Program-made: the position numbers and the translations under genes | In this document: positions 1-7,583 of the stretch, in pieces | How positions within the stretch are numbered: the stretch's first letter is position 1 | Layout: each line of letters starts with the position of its first letter | Origin: an uncultured Lachnospiraceae bacterium | GTDB lineage: Bacteria; Bacillota; Clostridia; Lachnospirales; Lachnospiraceae | Assembly (NCBI GenBank): GCA_964491975.1 | Contig: CAZBHM010000001.1 | Span: 1 to 56,709, forward strand | Length of the DNA stretch: 56,709 nt | Reading direction: 5' to 3' | The notes under the pieces: generated by a model | What the model was told of the DNA's origin: nothing | Seen by the model: the letters and a program-made list of their open reading frames with translations, nothing else | The model's database searches: none

Positions 1-1
1 G

Positions 2-796
2 GTCTATATTCCGTCAGGTAATTTTACACTTAAGGCAGGGGATGTGCTTTCATTTGTGTCAACAAGAGCCATGGCCAAGATATTTTTTGAAAAAATCGGT
101 TTTAAGACTAATCAGGTTAAGGATGCCATGATTATAGGCGGCGGAAAGACAGCTTATTATCTTGCGGCTCAGCTTTTACATATGGGTATAGATGTAAAGA
201 TTATTGAGAATGACCGGAAAAGATGTGAGGAGCTTAGTGACCTTTTGCCAAAGGCAGTCATAATAAATGGTGACGGTACTGACGAGGAGCTTCTTAGGGA
301 AGAAAATATTGAATATACGGAAGCATTCATACCTCTTACAGGAATTGATGAAGAAAATATTCTGCTTACACTTTATGCCAAAAAAGTATCAGGTGCAAAG
401 GTTATTACGAAAATTAACAGAATTACATTTAAGGATGTCATCGCAAGCCTTAATCTTGGAAGTGTGGTATATCCTAAGTATATTACATCTGAGGCTATTA
501 TTGCATATGTGCGTGCAAAAAAGGATTCCATGAATAAAAGTAACATAGAAACGCTTTACCATATGTTTGACCACCGTGTTGAGGCTATTGAGTTTGGGGT
601 AAATCAGAAAAGTGAGGTTACCAATACTCCGATTATGGAGCTTTCGCTTAAGAAAAATCTTTTGATTTCATTTATTAACAGGAATGGTAAGATTATTATT
701 CCAAGCGGACATGACAGCATACTTGTCGGTGATACGGTCATGATTGTAACCACCCATACAGGCTTTGACGATATAACTGATATACTGGCTAAATAG
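2..796 (+). CDS. trkA: Trk-type K+ uptake NAD-binding subunit TrkA, C-terminal ~265 aa (5' end lies upstream of the window)
   Basis: Frame 2 is open from the first base, with no stop before the Met at 44, so the gene starts off-window. Rossmann motif IIGGGKTAYYLA (RCK_N) is followed by an RCK_C-like C-terminal domain. trkH follows directly. Confidence 0.85.
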   Translation, partial: VYIPSGNFTLKAGDVLSFVSTRAMAKIFFEKIGFKTNQVKDAMIIGGGKTAYYLAAQLLHMGIDVKIIENDRKRCEELSDLLPKAVIINGDGTDEELLREENIEYTEAFIPLTGIDEENILLTLYAKKVSGAKVITKINRITFKDVIASLNLGSVVYPKYITSEAIIAYVRAKKDSMNKSNIETLYHMFDHRVEAIEFGVNQKSEVTNTPIMELSLKKNLLISFINRNGKIIIPSGHDSILVGDTVMIVTTHTGFDDITDILAK

Positions 797-811
797 TGGA
801 GGATTAGATTA

Positions 812-2302
812 ATGAACAGTTCAATTATCCGTTACATTCTGGGGCAGGTTTTAAAGGTTGAGGCGGTTTTGTTTCTTGTGCCATGTATTACGGCAATATT
901 TTATAATGAGCCGGAAGGCTTTATGTATCTGGCGGTTGCGGCAGGTGAAATGCTGTGCGGCATTCTTATGACATTAAAAAAGCCTGTAAATAATGTGTTT
1001 TATCTGAAAGAAGGCTGTGTTACGACCTCACTTTGCTGGATACTTATAAGTATTTTCGGGGCACTGCCCTTTGTGCTTACGGGAGAGATTCCGACATTTA
1101 CGGATGCTTTGTTTGAAACAATATCAGGTTTTACTACTACCGGTGCAAGTATTCTTGGGGATGTTGAAGCATTATCGCATACATCGATTTTATGGAGAAG
1201 TTTTACACACTGGGTAGGCGGAATGGGCGTGCTGGTATTCATGCTTGCAATTATTCCGCTTAGTGGCGGCTCTAACATGAATCTTATGAGGGCAGAAAGC
1301 CCGGGACCGTCGGTAGGCAAGCTTGTGCCCAAATTAAGACATACGGCAAGACTGTTATATTTTTTATATATTGCACTTACGATTTTACAGTTTGTACTTC
1401 TTTTAGCAGGGAAAATGCCTGTGTTTGAAGCCATTGCCACGAGCTTTGGCACGGCGGGAACAGGTGGTTTTGGTATAAAAAATGACAGTATGATGAGCTA
1501 TTCACCTTACATTCAGTGGGTGGTAACAATATTTATGATATTGTTCGGAATTAACTTTAATGCATATTATTATCTTTTCTTAAGGGAATTTAAGAAGGCA
1601 TTTACAGTTGAAGAGGTAAAATATTATCTTATAATAATCGGTGTTGCGATTCTTATTATATTTTTTAACATACTTGATATGTGTGAAGGAGCATTTGAGG
1701 CACTTACGCATGCTTCATTTCAGGTTGCGACCATTATAACGACTACCGGTTTTGCAACAACGGATTTTGATTTGTGGCCGGCTACATCTAAGCTTATTCT
1801 GGTGTTGCTTATGTTCATAGGCGCATGTGCAGGAAGTACGGGCGGTGGTATTAAGGTATCGAGGTTTGTGATAGCCGTTAAGACGGTATCAAAGGAGATG
1901 GTGTCTTATATTCATCCTAAGAGCATTAAAAAGATTAAGTTTGAGGGTAAGGTTGTGGAGCATGAGGTGGTGCGCTCAATAAGCGTATATTTTATAACAT
2001 TTTTACTTATTTTTGCAGCATCGGTATTTGTTATATCATTTGAAAATAAAGACCTTGTCACAAGCTTTACGGCGGTTGCAGCAACTCTTAACAACATAGG
2101 CCCCGGACTTGCAGGGGTTGGCCCTACTAAGAATTTTGCTTCATTTACACATTTGTCAAAGTATGTGATGATGTTTGACATGCTTGCAGGCAGATTAGAA
2201 CTCTTCCCGCTTCTTCTCCTTTTCCATCCGGGGATATGGAAGGACATGCATGCGCATAGAAGGTCGGAAAAGCGCATAAAAGGGAGAAAAAATATTTGTT
2301 GA
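812..2302 (+). CDS. trkH: Trk/Ktr-type K+ transporter membrane subunit TrkH
   Basis: 496-aa polytopic membrane protein with four selectivity-filter-like glycine motifs (SGFTTTGAS, GTAGTGGFG, TTTGFATTD, GSTGGGIKV). GGAGG lies about 9 nt upstream of the ATG. Adjacent to trkA. Confidence 0.9.
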   Translation: MNSSIIRYILGQVLKVEAVLFLVPCITAIFYNEPEGFMYLAVAAGEMLCGILMTLKKPVNNVFYLKEGCVTTSLCWILISIFGALPFVLTGEIPTFTDALFETISGFTTTGASILGDVEALSHTSILWRSFTHWVGGMGVLVFMLAIIPLSGGSNMNLMRAESPGPSVGKLVPKLRHTARLLYFLYIALTILQFVLLLAGKMPVFEAIATSFGTAGTGGFGIKNDSMMSYSPYIQWVVTIFMILFGINFNAYYYLFLREFKKAFTVEEVKYYLIIIGVAILIIFFNILDMCEGAFEALTHASFQVATIITTTGFATTDFDLWPATSKLILVLLMFIGACAGSTGGGIKVSRFVIAVKTVSKEMVSYIHPKSIKKIKFEGKVVEHEVVRSISVYFITFLLIFAASVFVISFENKDLVTSFTAVAATLNNIGPGLAGVGPTKNFASFTHLSKYVMMFDMLAGRLELFPLLLLFHPGIWKDMHAHRRSEKRIKGRKNIC

Positions 2303-2307
2303 AAACA

Positions 2308-2356
2308 GACCGTCAACTTTTTGCAGATGATTGCGACAGGTTGACGGTCACTTTTT
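2308..2356. terminator. Bidirectional intrinsic terminator between convergent trkH and the aldo/keto reductase
   Basis: 10-bp perfect stem GACCGTCAAC (2308-2317) / GTTGACGGTC (2340-2349). TTTTT follows on the + strand and a T-rich run follows on the - strand. Confidence 0.6.
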
Positions 2357-2357
2357 A

Positions 2358-3245
2358 TCACCAATTCTTCTCCTCTTTGGTACAGTCGTGCTTCTTTTTG
2401 CGCTCCTCCACCATCTGGACAAACCATTCGACCATACCCGGATCGGTATGAGAGAAGAAAGAGGACTGTTTTTTATCCAGTGCTCCAATAACCGACATAT
2501 CCTCAGCGGTCAGTTCAAAATCAAAGATATTGAGGTTTTCTTTCATACGCTCGATATGTGTAGACTTCGGGATAACTACAACACCTCTCTGCAAATGCCA
2601 GCGCAGAATGACCTGACCAACCGTCTTTTTGTATTTATCGCCGATTGCTTTCAGCTCGGGCAGTTCAAACATACCGCCCCTGCCTTCGCCAAAAGGGGCC
2701 CACGCTTCAACCTGAATACCGTATTTGTCATGCCACTTTTTGCTGTCACACTGCTGATGATGTGGGTGTACCTCGATTTGATTGATCATAGGTTTGATAC
2801 GGGAGAATGCGGCAATATCAATCATGCGGTCAGCATAAAAATTAGAAATACCAATAGCACGGAGTTTACCTTCATCGTACAAATCCTCTAATGCACGATA
2901 TGCACCGTACACATCCCCAAAAGGCTGATGAAGTAAGCAGAGGTCAAGATAGTCTGTCTGCAATTTTCTCATCGACTCTAACACTGAAGCCTTTGCTTCC
3001 TCATAACCATAGTGTTCAATCCAGACCTTTGTAGTAAGGAAAATTTCTTCACGGTGAATACCGCTTTTAGCAATGGCATTGCCGACTTCTTCTTCATTAA
3101 AGTAGGACTGTGCGGTATCAATGGAGCGGTAGCCGACCTTCAGCGCATCCAGTACACAGCGTTCGCATTCGTCTTTTGTAACCTGATATACGCCGTAGCC
3201 GAGCATCGGCATTCTGACACCATTTGATAAAGTTACATATTCCAT
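2358..3245 (-). CDS. Aldo/keto reductase family oxidoreductase
   Basis: 295 aa. AKR catalytic context is present: SIDTAQSY (Asp/Tyr), LTTKVW (Lys), LLHQP (His). AGGAGGTA RBS precedes the ATG. Confidence 0.9.
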   Translation of the reverse strand: MEYVTLSNGVRMPMLGYGVYQVTKDECERCVLDALKVGYRSIDTAQSYFNEEEVGNAIAKSGIHREEIFLTTKVWIEHYGYEEAKASVLESMRKLQTDYLDLCLLHQPFGDVYGAYRALEDLYDEGKLRAIGISNFYADRMIDIAAFSRIKPMINQIEVHPHHQQCDSKKWHDKYGIQVEAWAPFGEGRGGMFELPELKAIGDKYKKTVGQVILRWHLQRGVVVIPKSTHIERMKENLNIFDFELTAEDMSVIGALDKKQSSFFSHTDPGMVEWFVQMVEERKKKHDCTKEEKNW

Positions 3246-3257
3246 AATTATACCTCC

Positions 3258-3286
3258 TTGACTGTAAAAAAATAATAGTGTACAAT
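3258..3286 (+). promoter_or_regulatory. Candidate sigma-A promoter for the MerR-family gene (TTGACT-N17-TACAAT)
   Basis: TTGACT 3258-3263, 17-nt spacer, TACAAT 3281-3286. It lies back-to-back with the divergent reductase promoter. This is a sequence match only. Confidence 0.35.
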
Positions 3287-3298
3287 GAGCTTAAGTTT

Positions 3299-3329
3299 AT
3301 TATACGAGTTAAAGTTAGCTTTAAGTCAA
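3299..3329 (-). promoter_or_regulatory. MerR-type promoter for the aldo/keto reductase: TTGACT-N19-TATAAT with a dyad operator in the spacer
   Basis: On the minus strand the -35 TTGACT is at 3329-3324 and the -10 TATAAT at 3304-3299. The over-long 19-nt spacer is the MerR hallmark. It contains the inverted repeat TTAAAG-TTAG-CTTTAA (3309-3324; extended AGTTAAAG/CTTTAAGT is 7 of 8). Confidence 0.55.
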
Positions 3330-3395
3330 GAACTTTTTATAAAAGTTCATAATTTCTTGCGTGGCTGAACTGTTACAATTTTTTGGAGGTACACA

Positions 3396-3842
3396 ATGCT
3401 CTATACGGTTGGCGAAATGGCAAAACACTTAGGGGTAGCGCCCTCTACGCTCAGATACTATGATAAAGAAGGCTTGCTCCCGTTTGTTGAACGCTCCAGC
3501 GGCGGTATCCGAATGTTCAAGGATGCAGACTTTGAATGGTTACAGGTTATTGAGTGCCTGAAAAAGACAGGGATGAGCCTTACGGACATTAAGCATTTTA
3601 TCGAAATGTCCATGCAGGGTGACGATACTATTGAGGAACGGCTTGCTCTTATCAGCAGACAAAAAGAGGCGGTAAAGGCTCAAATCAATGATTTAAACAA
3701 AACGCTTAAAGTGCTTGAGTTCAAGGAATGGTATTACAAAACGGCAAAGGAAGCAGGAACAACCACAGTTCCTCGCAATATGACTTTGGATGAGCTGCCG
3801 GAGGAATACCGGGAAGTTCGAAAAATGCTTCGGGGAGAATAA
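3396..3842 (+). CDS. MerR family transcriptional regulator (NmlR/AdhR-like, single conserved Cys)
   Basis: N-terminal winged HTH YTVGEMAKHLGVAPSTLRYYDKEGLL, then a coiled-coil dimerisation helix. A single Cys54 sits in IECLKKTGMS. GGAGG RBS is present. The gene is divergent from the reductase. Confidence 0.9.
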   Translation: MLYTVGEMAKHLGVAPSTLRYYDKEGLLPFVERSSGGIRMFKDADFEWLQVIECLKKTGMSLTDIKHFIEMSMQGDDTIEERLALISRQKEAVKAQINDLNKTLKVLEFKEWYYKTAKEAGTTTVPRNMTLDELPEEYREVRKMLRGE

Positions 3843-3884
3843 CGAAAACAGCATTAGTGTGTACTATTAACTTTAAGGGGCAAA

Positions 3885-4326
3885 GTGCCGATATATAGGA
3901 TATGCAGGGTTCCGGGTGGAACCAAGGTTAAAGATGGTATGGGCGAAGATGTTGTATTATCAAATGAGGAAGATGTTCTTGTGCTTACAGAGAAGTCAGC
4001 TAAACAATTGGTAAAAGACCGTAGGGCGCATAATGGAATGCTTCAGCTTAAGGCGGAAATGGCGGCTCAAAAGACACAGGAAGCGGCGAAGGCTGGCCTC
4101 TAAATGGAGTGAAAGGGAAGAAAATGCCTACAATGAAAAGATGAAAGAGCTGCGTGAAGAGTCAGATAAGGCGGCATTTGCTGTTGTGGAAGAGCCTGGG
4201 AAATTTTCAAACGCCCAGAAAGAACGTATAGTAGAAATCGATTCAAGTGGTGTTGATTTTTCGTCGATGAAAGTGATGAGTCTGGGTTCAGGCGTAATCA
4301 GCGCACATATTGATTTATCCGTATGA
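3885..4326 (+). pseudogene. Possible frameshifted or degenerate gene (72-aa and 97-aa ORFs overlapping in different frames)
   Basis: ORF 3885-4103 (GTG start) and ORF 4033-4326 overlap by 71 nt in adjacent frames. Both are charged and Lys/Glu-rich with no recognisable domain. A single +1 shift near 4080-4103 would fuse them. Neither has a convincing RBS. Confidence 0.3.
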
Positions 4327-4362
4327 ATTATTTAAACGGTGAATGATTCCGGTTATTAAAAT

Positions 4363-4420
4363 AAAAGACAGTATACTTGTAATGCTCGCTTAAGGGTGTT
4401 TTAAAGTGTACTGTCTTTTT
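4363..4420 (+). terminator. Candidate intrinsic terminator after the 3885-4326 ORF pair
   Basis: 14-bp stem (4363-4376 pairs with 4406-4419, one G-U) ending in TTTTT (4416-4420). The 29-nt loop is unusually large. Confidence 0.45.
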
Positions 4421-4505
4421 AAATTTGTGCGTTGAATTAATTAAAATCTGGCTGATTAAAGGCTTAAATACGCAAGATAATACATGTTTTGTGGAAGATG
4501 TGCAA

Positions 4506-4534
4506 TTGAAAAACAAAAATAAGTATGATAAAAT
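4506..4534 (+). promoter_or_regulatory. Candidate sigma-A promoter of the ABC/DUF1854 operon (TTGAAA-N17-TAAAAT)
   Basis: TTGAAA 4506-4511, 17-nt spacer, TAAAAT 4529-4534, about 20-40 nt upstream of the first start codon. Confidence 0.4.
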
Positions 4535-4552
4535 AAATGTAGATTCAGCAAA

Positions 4553-6907
4553 ATGGAAGGAGGTAGTCCGTTGGAGGAAAGATTTAAGATTTCGCCGGAT
4601 ATTCTCAGGATACTTAAGAAGAAGGATATTCGGAAGGAAGATATAATATATGCGGCATATTCTGACATGGGGCTTAATCACAGCTTCGCGGATGGCTGTG
4701 TGTTATTTACGAAGGCTAAGGTTGTGGTTATAAGGACGGCTGCGAAGTCAGCCGGAGAAAGCAGCCGCTATATCAGCAGCTTTGGCGGATATGCAATGGA
4801 GACCGGCAGCTTTGATGAGGCTTCATGTGAGGTGACGGAGTTTAGGACAGATGATGTCACAAGCTTTAATGTTGTAAGACAGGTTAATGGCGGTATGCTT
4901 TTTGCCACGGTTAAGGAGACTGATACGCTGTTACTGGAGTTTTCTAATTCCAGAATGGAGGACATGGACAAGCTTGAACGTATCTATAGAAAGGTTAAGG
5001 ACGGGAGAGAGCTTTGCGACGAGGATTTTGAAAAGCGTAACAAAAATGAATGTTGTCCAAAGTGTGGCACCATGTATCCCAATCCACAGCGTAAGATTTG
5101 CCCGAAGTGTACAGATAAGAAGGCACTGTTTTTCAGGGTGCTTAGTTATTTTAAGCCGTATATAGGGCAGATTGCGGTAATGTTTGTATGCTTTGTGTTT
5201 ACTGCGATTCTTAATCTGGCATGGCCGTATCTTAATGGTATTATTCTGTATGACAAGGTACTTGGCAAGAATGAGGAATTTATTCAGCTGTTTGATTTTG
5301 CAGGTGGCGATTATGTAATTTTACTTGGGCTTGTCGTTGTTACAATGGTTTTATGTAAGCTTACCAATCAGATATTAAGTATTATTCAGGGTGTTGTGGT
5401 GGCTAAGATAGTGCCGGATGTTGTTAAGAATATTAAGGCAGAGATATTTAAGTCCATGGGCGATTTGTCAATAAGCTTTTATAATGACCGTGAAACAGGC
5501 GGACTCATGACGAGGGTTTTAAGCGATGCCAATGAGGTTACGGGCTTCTTTATTGATGTGCTTCCATATATTTTCGTACATGGTTTTACCATCATTTCAA
5601 CTTGTGTCGTTATGTTTTCGCTCAATGTGGGACTTACGGTAGTATCACTTATGCTTCTTCCGGTGCTTGTATTTATAAGTGCAAAGCTTCTTCCAAGGCT
5701 GTGGAGTATATACGGAAGACGGCATCGTGCCGAAAGAAGTATGAATGGTCAGATTAATGATAATATCATGGGTGCGAGAGTTGTCAAGGCATTTGGACAG
5801 GAAGAAAAGGAAATCAGGCGTTTTGGCAATTATAACGGTCGTGTAAGGGATGCAGAGCTTTCAGTAGTGGCATTTGATAACCGCTTCTTTGCACTTTATA
5901 CGATAGTACAGCAGATTGCAACATTTGCGGTATGGGGTGTAGGCGGTATACTTATCGTAAGTAAAACCAATATGGAGCTTGGTGTTCTTATTACTTTCAT
6001 AGGCTATGTCGGGGAGCTTAAAGGACCACTTGAGTTTTTATCGGGAGCATTCAGAAGGTATACCTCAAGCATGAACAGCGCACAGCGTATTTTTGAGATT
6101 ATTGATGCAGTGCCTGAGATTCAGGAGAGTGAGAATCCGGTAAGACCAGAGCGTATTAAGGGTGAGATTGAGCTTCGTAATGTAACTTTCAGCTATGATA
6201 CTAATAAACCGGTACTTGAGAATATAAGCTTTCATGTTAAACCGGGCGAGATGCTTGGTATAGTAGGAAGGTCAGGAGCGGGCAAATCCACGCTTGTTAA
6301 TCTTATTTCGCGTCTTTACGAGCCGCAGGAGGGCGAGATACTTATTGACGGAATTAATGTTAAGGAGCTTGGTTTTAAGGAGCTTAGACAAAGTGTGGCG
6401 ATGGTCTCACAGGAAACGTACATATTTATGGGAACAGTTGCAGAAAATATTGCGTATTCAAGGCCGGATGCAAGTTTTGAAGAAATAGTTGCGGCTGCCG
6501 TAAGGGCAAGTGCGCATGACTTTATATGTAAGATGCCTGACGGCTATGACACTATGTTAGGTTCTTCAGGAAGGTCGCTTTCAGGCGGAGAGCGTCAGCG
6601 AATTTCGATTGCAAGAGCAATTCTTGCCAATCCGAGTATACTTATTCTTGACGAGGCGACTGCGGCAGTTGATACTGAAACAGAGCAGGCAATCCAGGCA
6701 TCACTTGAGGAACTTATTAAGGGAAGAACAACACTTTCAATTGCTCACAGACTTTCCACACTCAATAATGCAGACCATCTGATTGTTATTGATGAGGGTA
6801 AGATTGCTGAGCATGGAACACACAGAGAACTTATTGAGAAAAAGGGCATTTTCCACAAACTCATGCAGCTTCAGATGAAAGCACTTGCAATGCGTGGAAT
6901 TGAATAG
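4553..6907 (+). CDS. ABC exporter, fused permease/ATPase, with an N-terminal PH-like + zinc-ribbon cytoplasmic module
   Basis: 784 aa. The six-TM exporter domain is followed by an NBD with Walker A GRSGAGKST, signature LSGGERQR, Walker B ILILDEATAAVD and H-loop AHRLST. An extra ~190-aa N-terminus carries CPKC-N11-CPKC (nt 5054-5110) just before TM1. The ATG at 4553 lacks an RBS. The in-frame TTG at 4571 sits 7 nt after GGAGG (4559-4563) and may be the real start. Confidence 0.9.
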   Translation: MEGGSPLEERFKISPDILRILKKKDIRKEDIIYAAYSDMGLNHSFADGCVLFTKAKVVVIRTAAKSAGESSRYISSFGGYAMETGSFDEASCEVTEFRTDDVTSFNVVRQVNGGMLFATVKETDTLLLEFSNSRMEDMDKLERIYRKVKDGRELCDEDFEKRNKNECCPKCGTMYPNPQRKICPKCTDKKALFFRVLSYFKPYIGQIAVMFVCFVFTAILNLAWPYLNGIILYDKVLGKNEEFIQLFDFAGGDYVILLGLVVVTMVLCKLTNQILSIIQGVVVAKIVPDVVKNIKAEIFKSMGDLSISFYNDRETGGLMTRVLSDANEVTGFFIDVLPYIFVHGFTIISTCVVMFSLNVGLTVVSLMLLPVLVFISAKLLPRLWSIYGRRHRAERSMNGQINDNIMGARVVKAFGQEEKEIRRFGNYNGRVRDAELSVVAFDNRFFALYTIVQQIATFAVWGVGGILIVSKTNMELGVLITFIGYVGELKGPLEFLSGAFRRYTSSMNSAQRIFEIIDAVPEIQESENPVRPERIKGEIELRNVTFSYDTNKPVLENISFHVKPGEMLGIVGRSGAGKSTLVNLISRLYEPQEGEILIDGINVKELGFKELRQSVAMVSQETYIFMGTVAENIAYSRPDASFEEIVAAAVRASAHDFICKMPDGYDTMLGSSGRSLSGGERQRISIARAILANPSILILDEATAAVDTETEQAIQASLEELIKGRTTLSIAHRLSTLNNADHLIVIDEGKIAEHGTHRELIEKKGIFHKLMQLQMKALAMRGIE

Positions 6908-6919
6908 GAGGGATTAATT

Positions 6920-7549
6920 ATGACACCACCGATGGGACCGCCGCCGGGCGGAATGAGAGGTCCGGGAGGACCGGGCGGACACAGAAGAGGACCGATGGAG
7001 GATTTTGATGAGAGTAAGTTTTTAGAGCAGTCCAAGGATTTGCTGGAGCTTAGGTATATCACTGACCGGAACGCCGTGTTTAAGAGAACAGAGGGCGGTT
7101 TTGTGTCGCTTGACTATACTGACAAAGAGGGTAAGGTTAATCATTATGACAGAGTAGGGGTATATCGCACGTTCCCTATGTCTGACCCTGATATATTTAT
7201 AAGCATCAGGGAGCCTGATGAGAAGGCAAGGGAGATTGGTGTGGTTAAGGACCTTAAGTCTGTAAGCAAAGAGACGGCAGAGATTCTTAATGAACAGCTT
7301 AATTTAAGATATTTTGTACCGCAGATTGAGAAAATTATTGATGTCAGGAATGAGTATGGTTATGCATATTTTGATGTTGTCACTGATTTTGGAAAATGCA
7401 GATTTGCGATACGTATGAGCGGCGGAGGAGTTGTACACCTTACGGATACGAGAATTATGATTACTGACATTGACGGTAACCGTTTTGAGATTAAGGATGT
7501 CTCAAAGCTTACGCCGGCAGAGCTTAAGAAAATCGACTTGTTCCTGTAA
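6920..7549 (+). CDS. DUF1854-like ABC-transporter-associated protein with a Pro/Gly-rich N-terminal tail
   Basis: 209 aa with an AGGAGGG RBS, lying between two ABC exporter genes. The C-terminal ~170 aa (RTFPMSDP...IGVVKDL...LNLRYFVPQIEKI...DGNRFEIKDVSKL) matches my memory of the DUF1854 pattern. Residues 1-26 are the low-complexity MTPPMGPPPGGMRGPGGPGGHRRGPM. Confidence 0.7.
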   Translation: MTPPMGPPPGGMRGPGGPGGHRRGPMEDFDESKFLEQSKDLLELRYITDRNAVFKRTEGGFVSLDYTDKEGKVNHYDRVGVYRTFPMSDPDIFISIREPDEKAREIGVVKDLKSVSKETAEILNEQLNLRYFVPQIEKIIDVRNEYGYAYFDVVTDFGKCRFAIRMSGGGVVHLTDTRIMITDIDGNRFEIKDVSKLTPAELKKIDLFL

Positions 7550-7583
7550 GGAGCTTAGATATCTTGCGAAAGGATATTAATGT

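Noticed and set aside
1912-2891. Antisense ORFs 1912-2427 (-) over trkH and 2331-2891 (+) over the aldo/keto reductase
   Set aside because: Both lie opposite genes with clear family motifs and run through the intergenic terminator hairpin. Neither has an RBS or any motif.
6871-7062. 63-aa Pro/Gly-rich minus-strand ORF
   Set aside because: It is the mirror image of the Pro/Gly-rich N-terminus of the DUF1854-like gene. GGN/CCN codons read as Pro/Gly on both strands. It overlaps the end of the first ABC gene and the RBS of the next gene.
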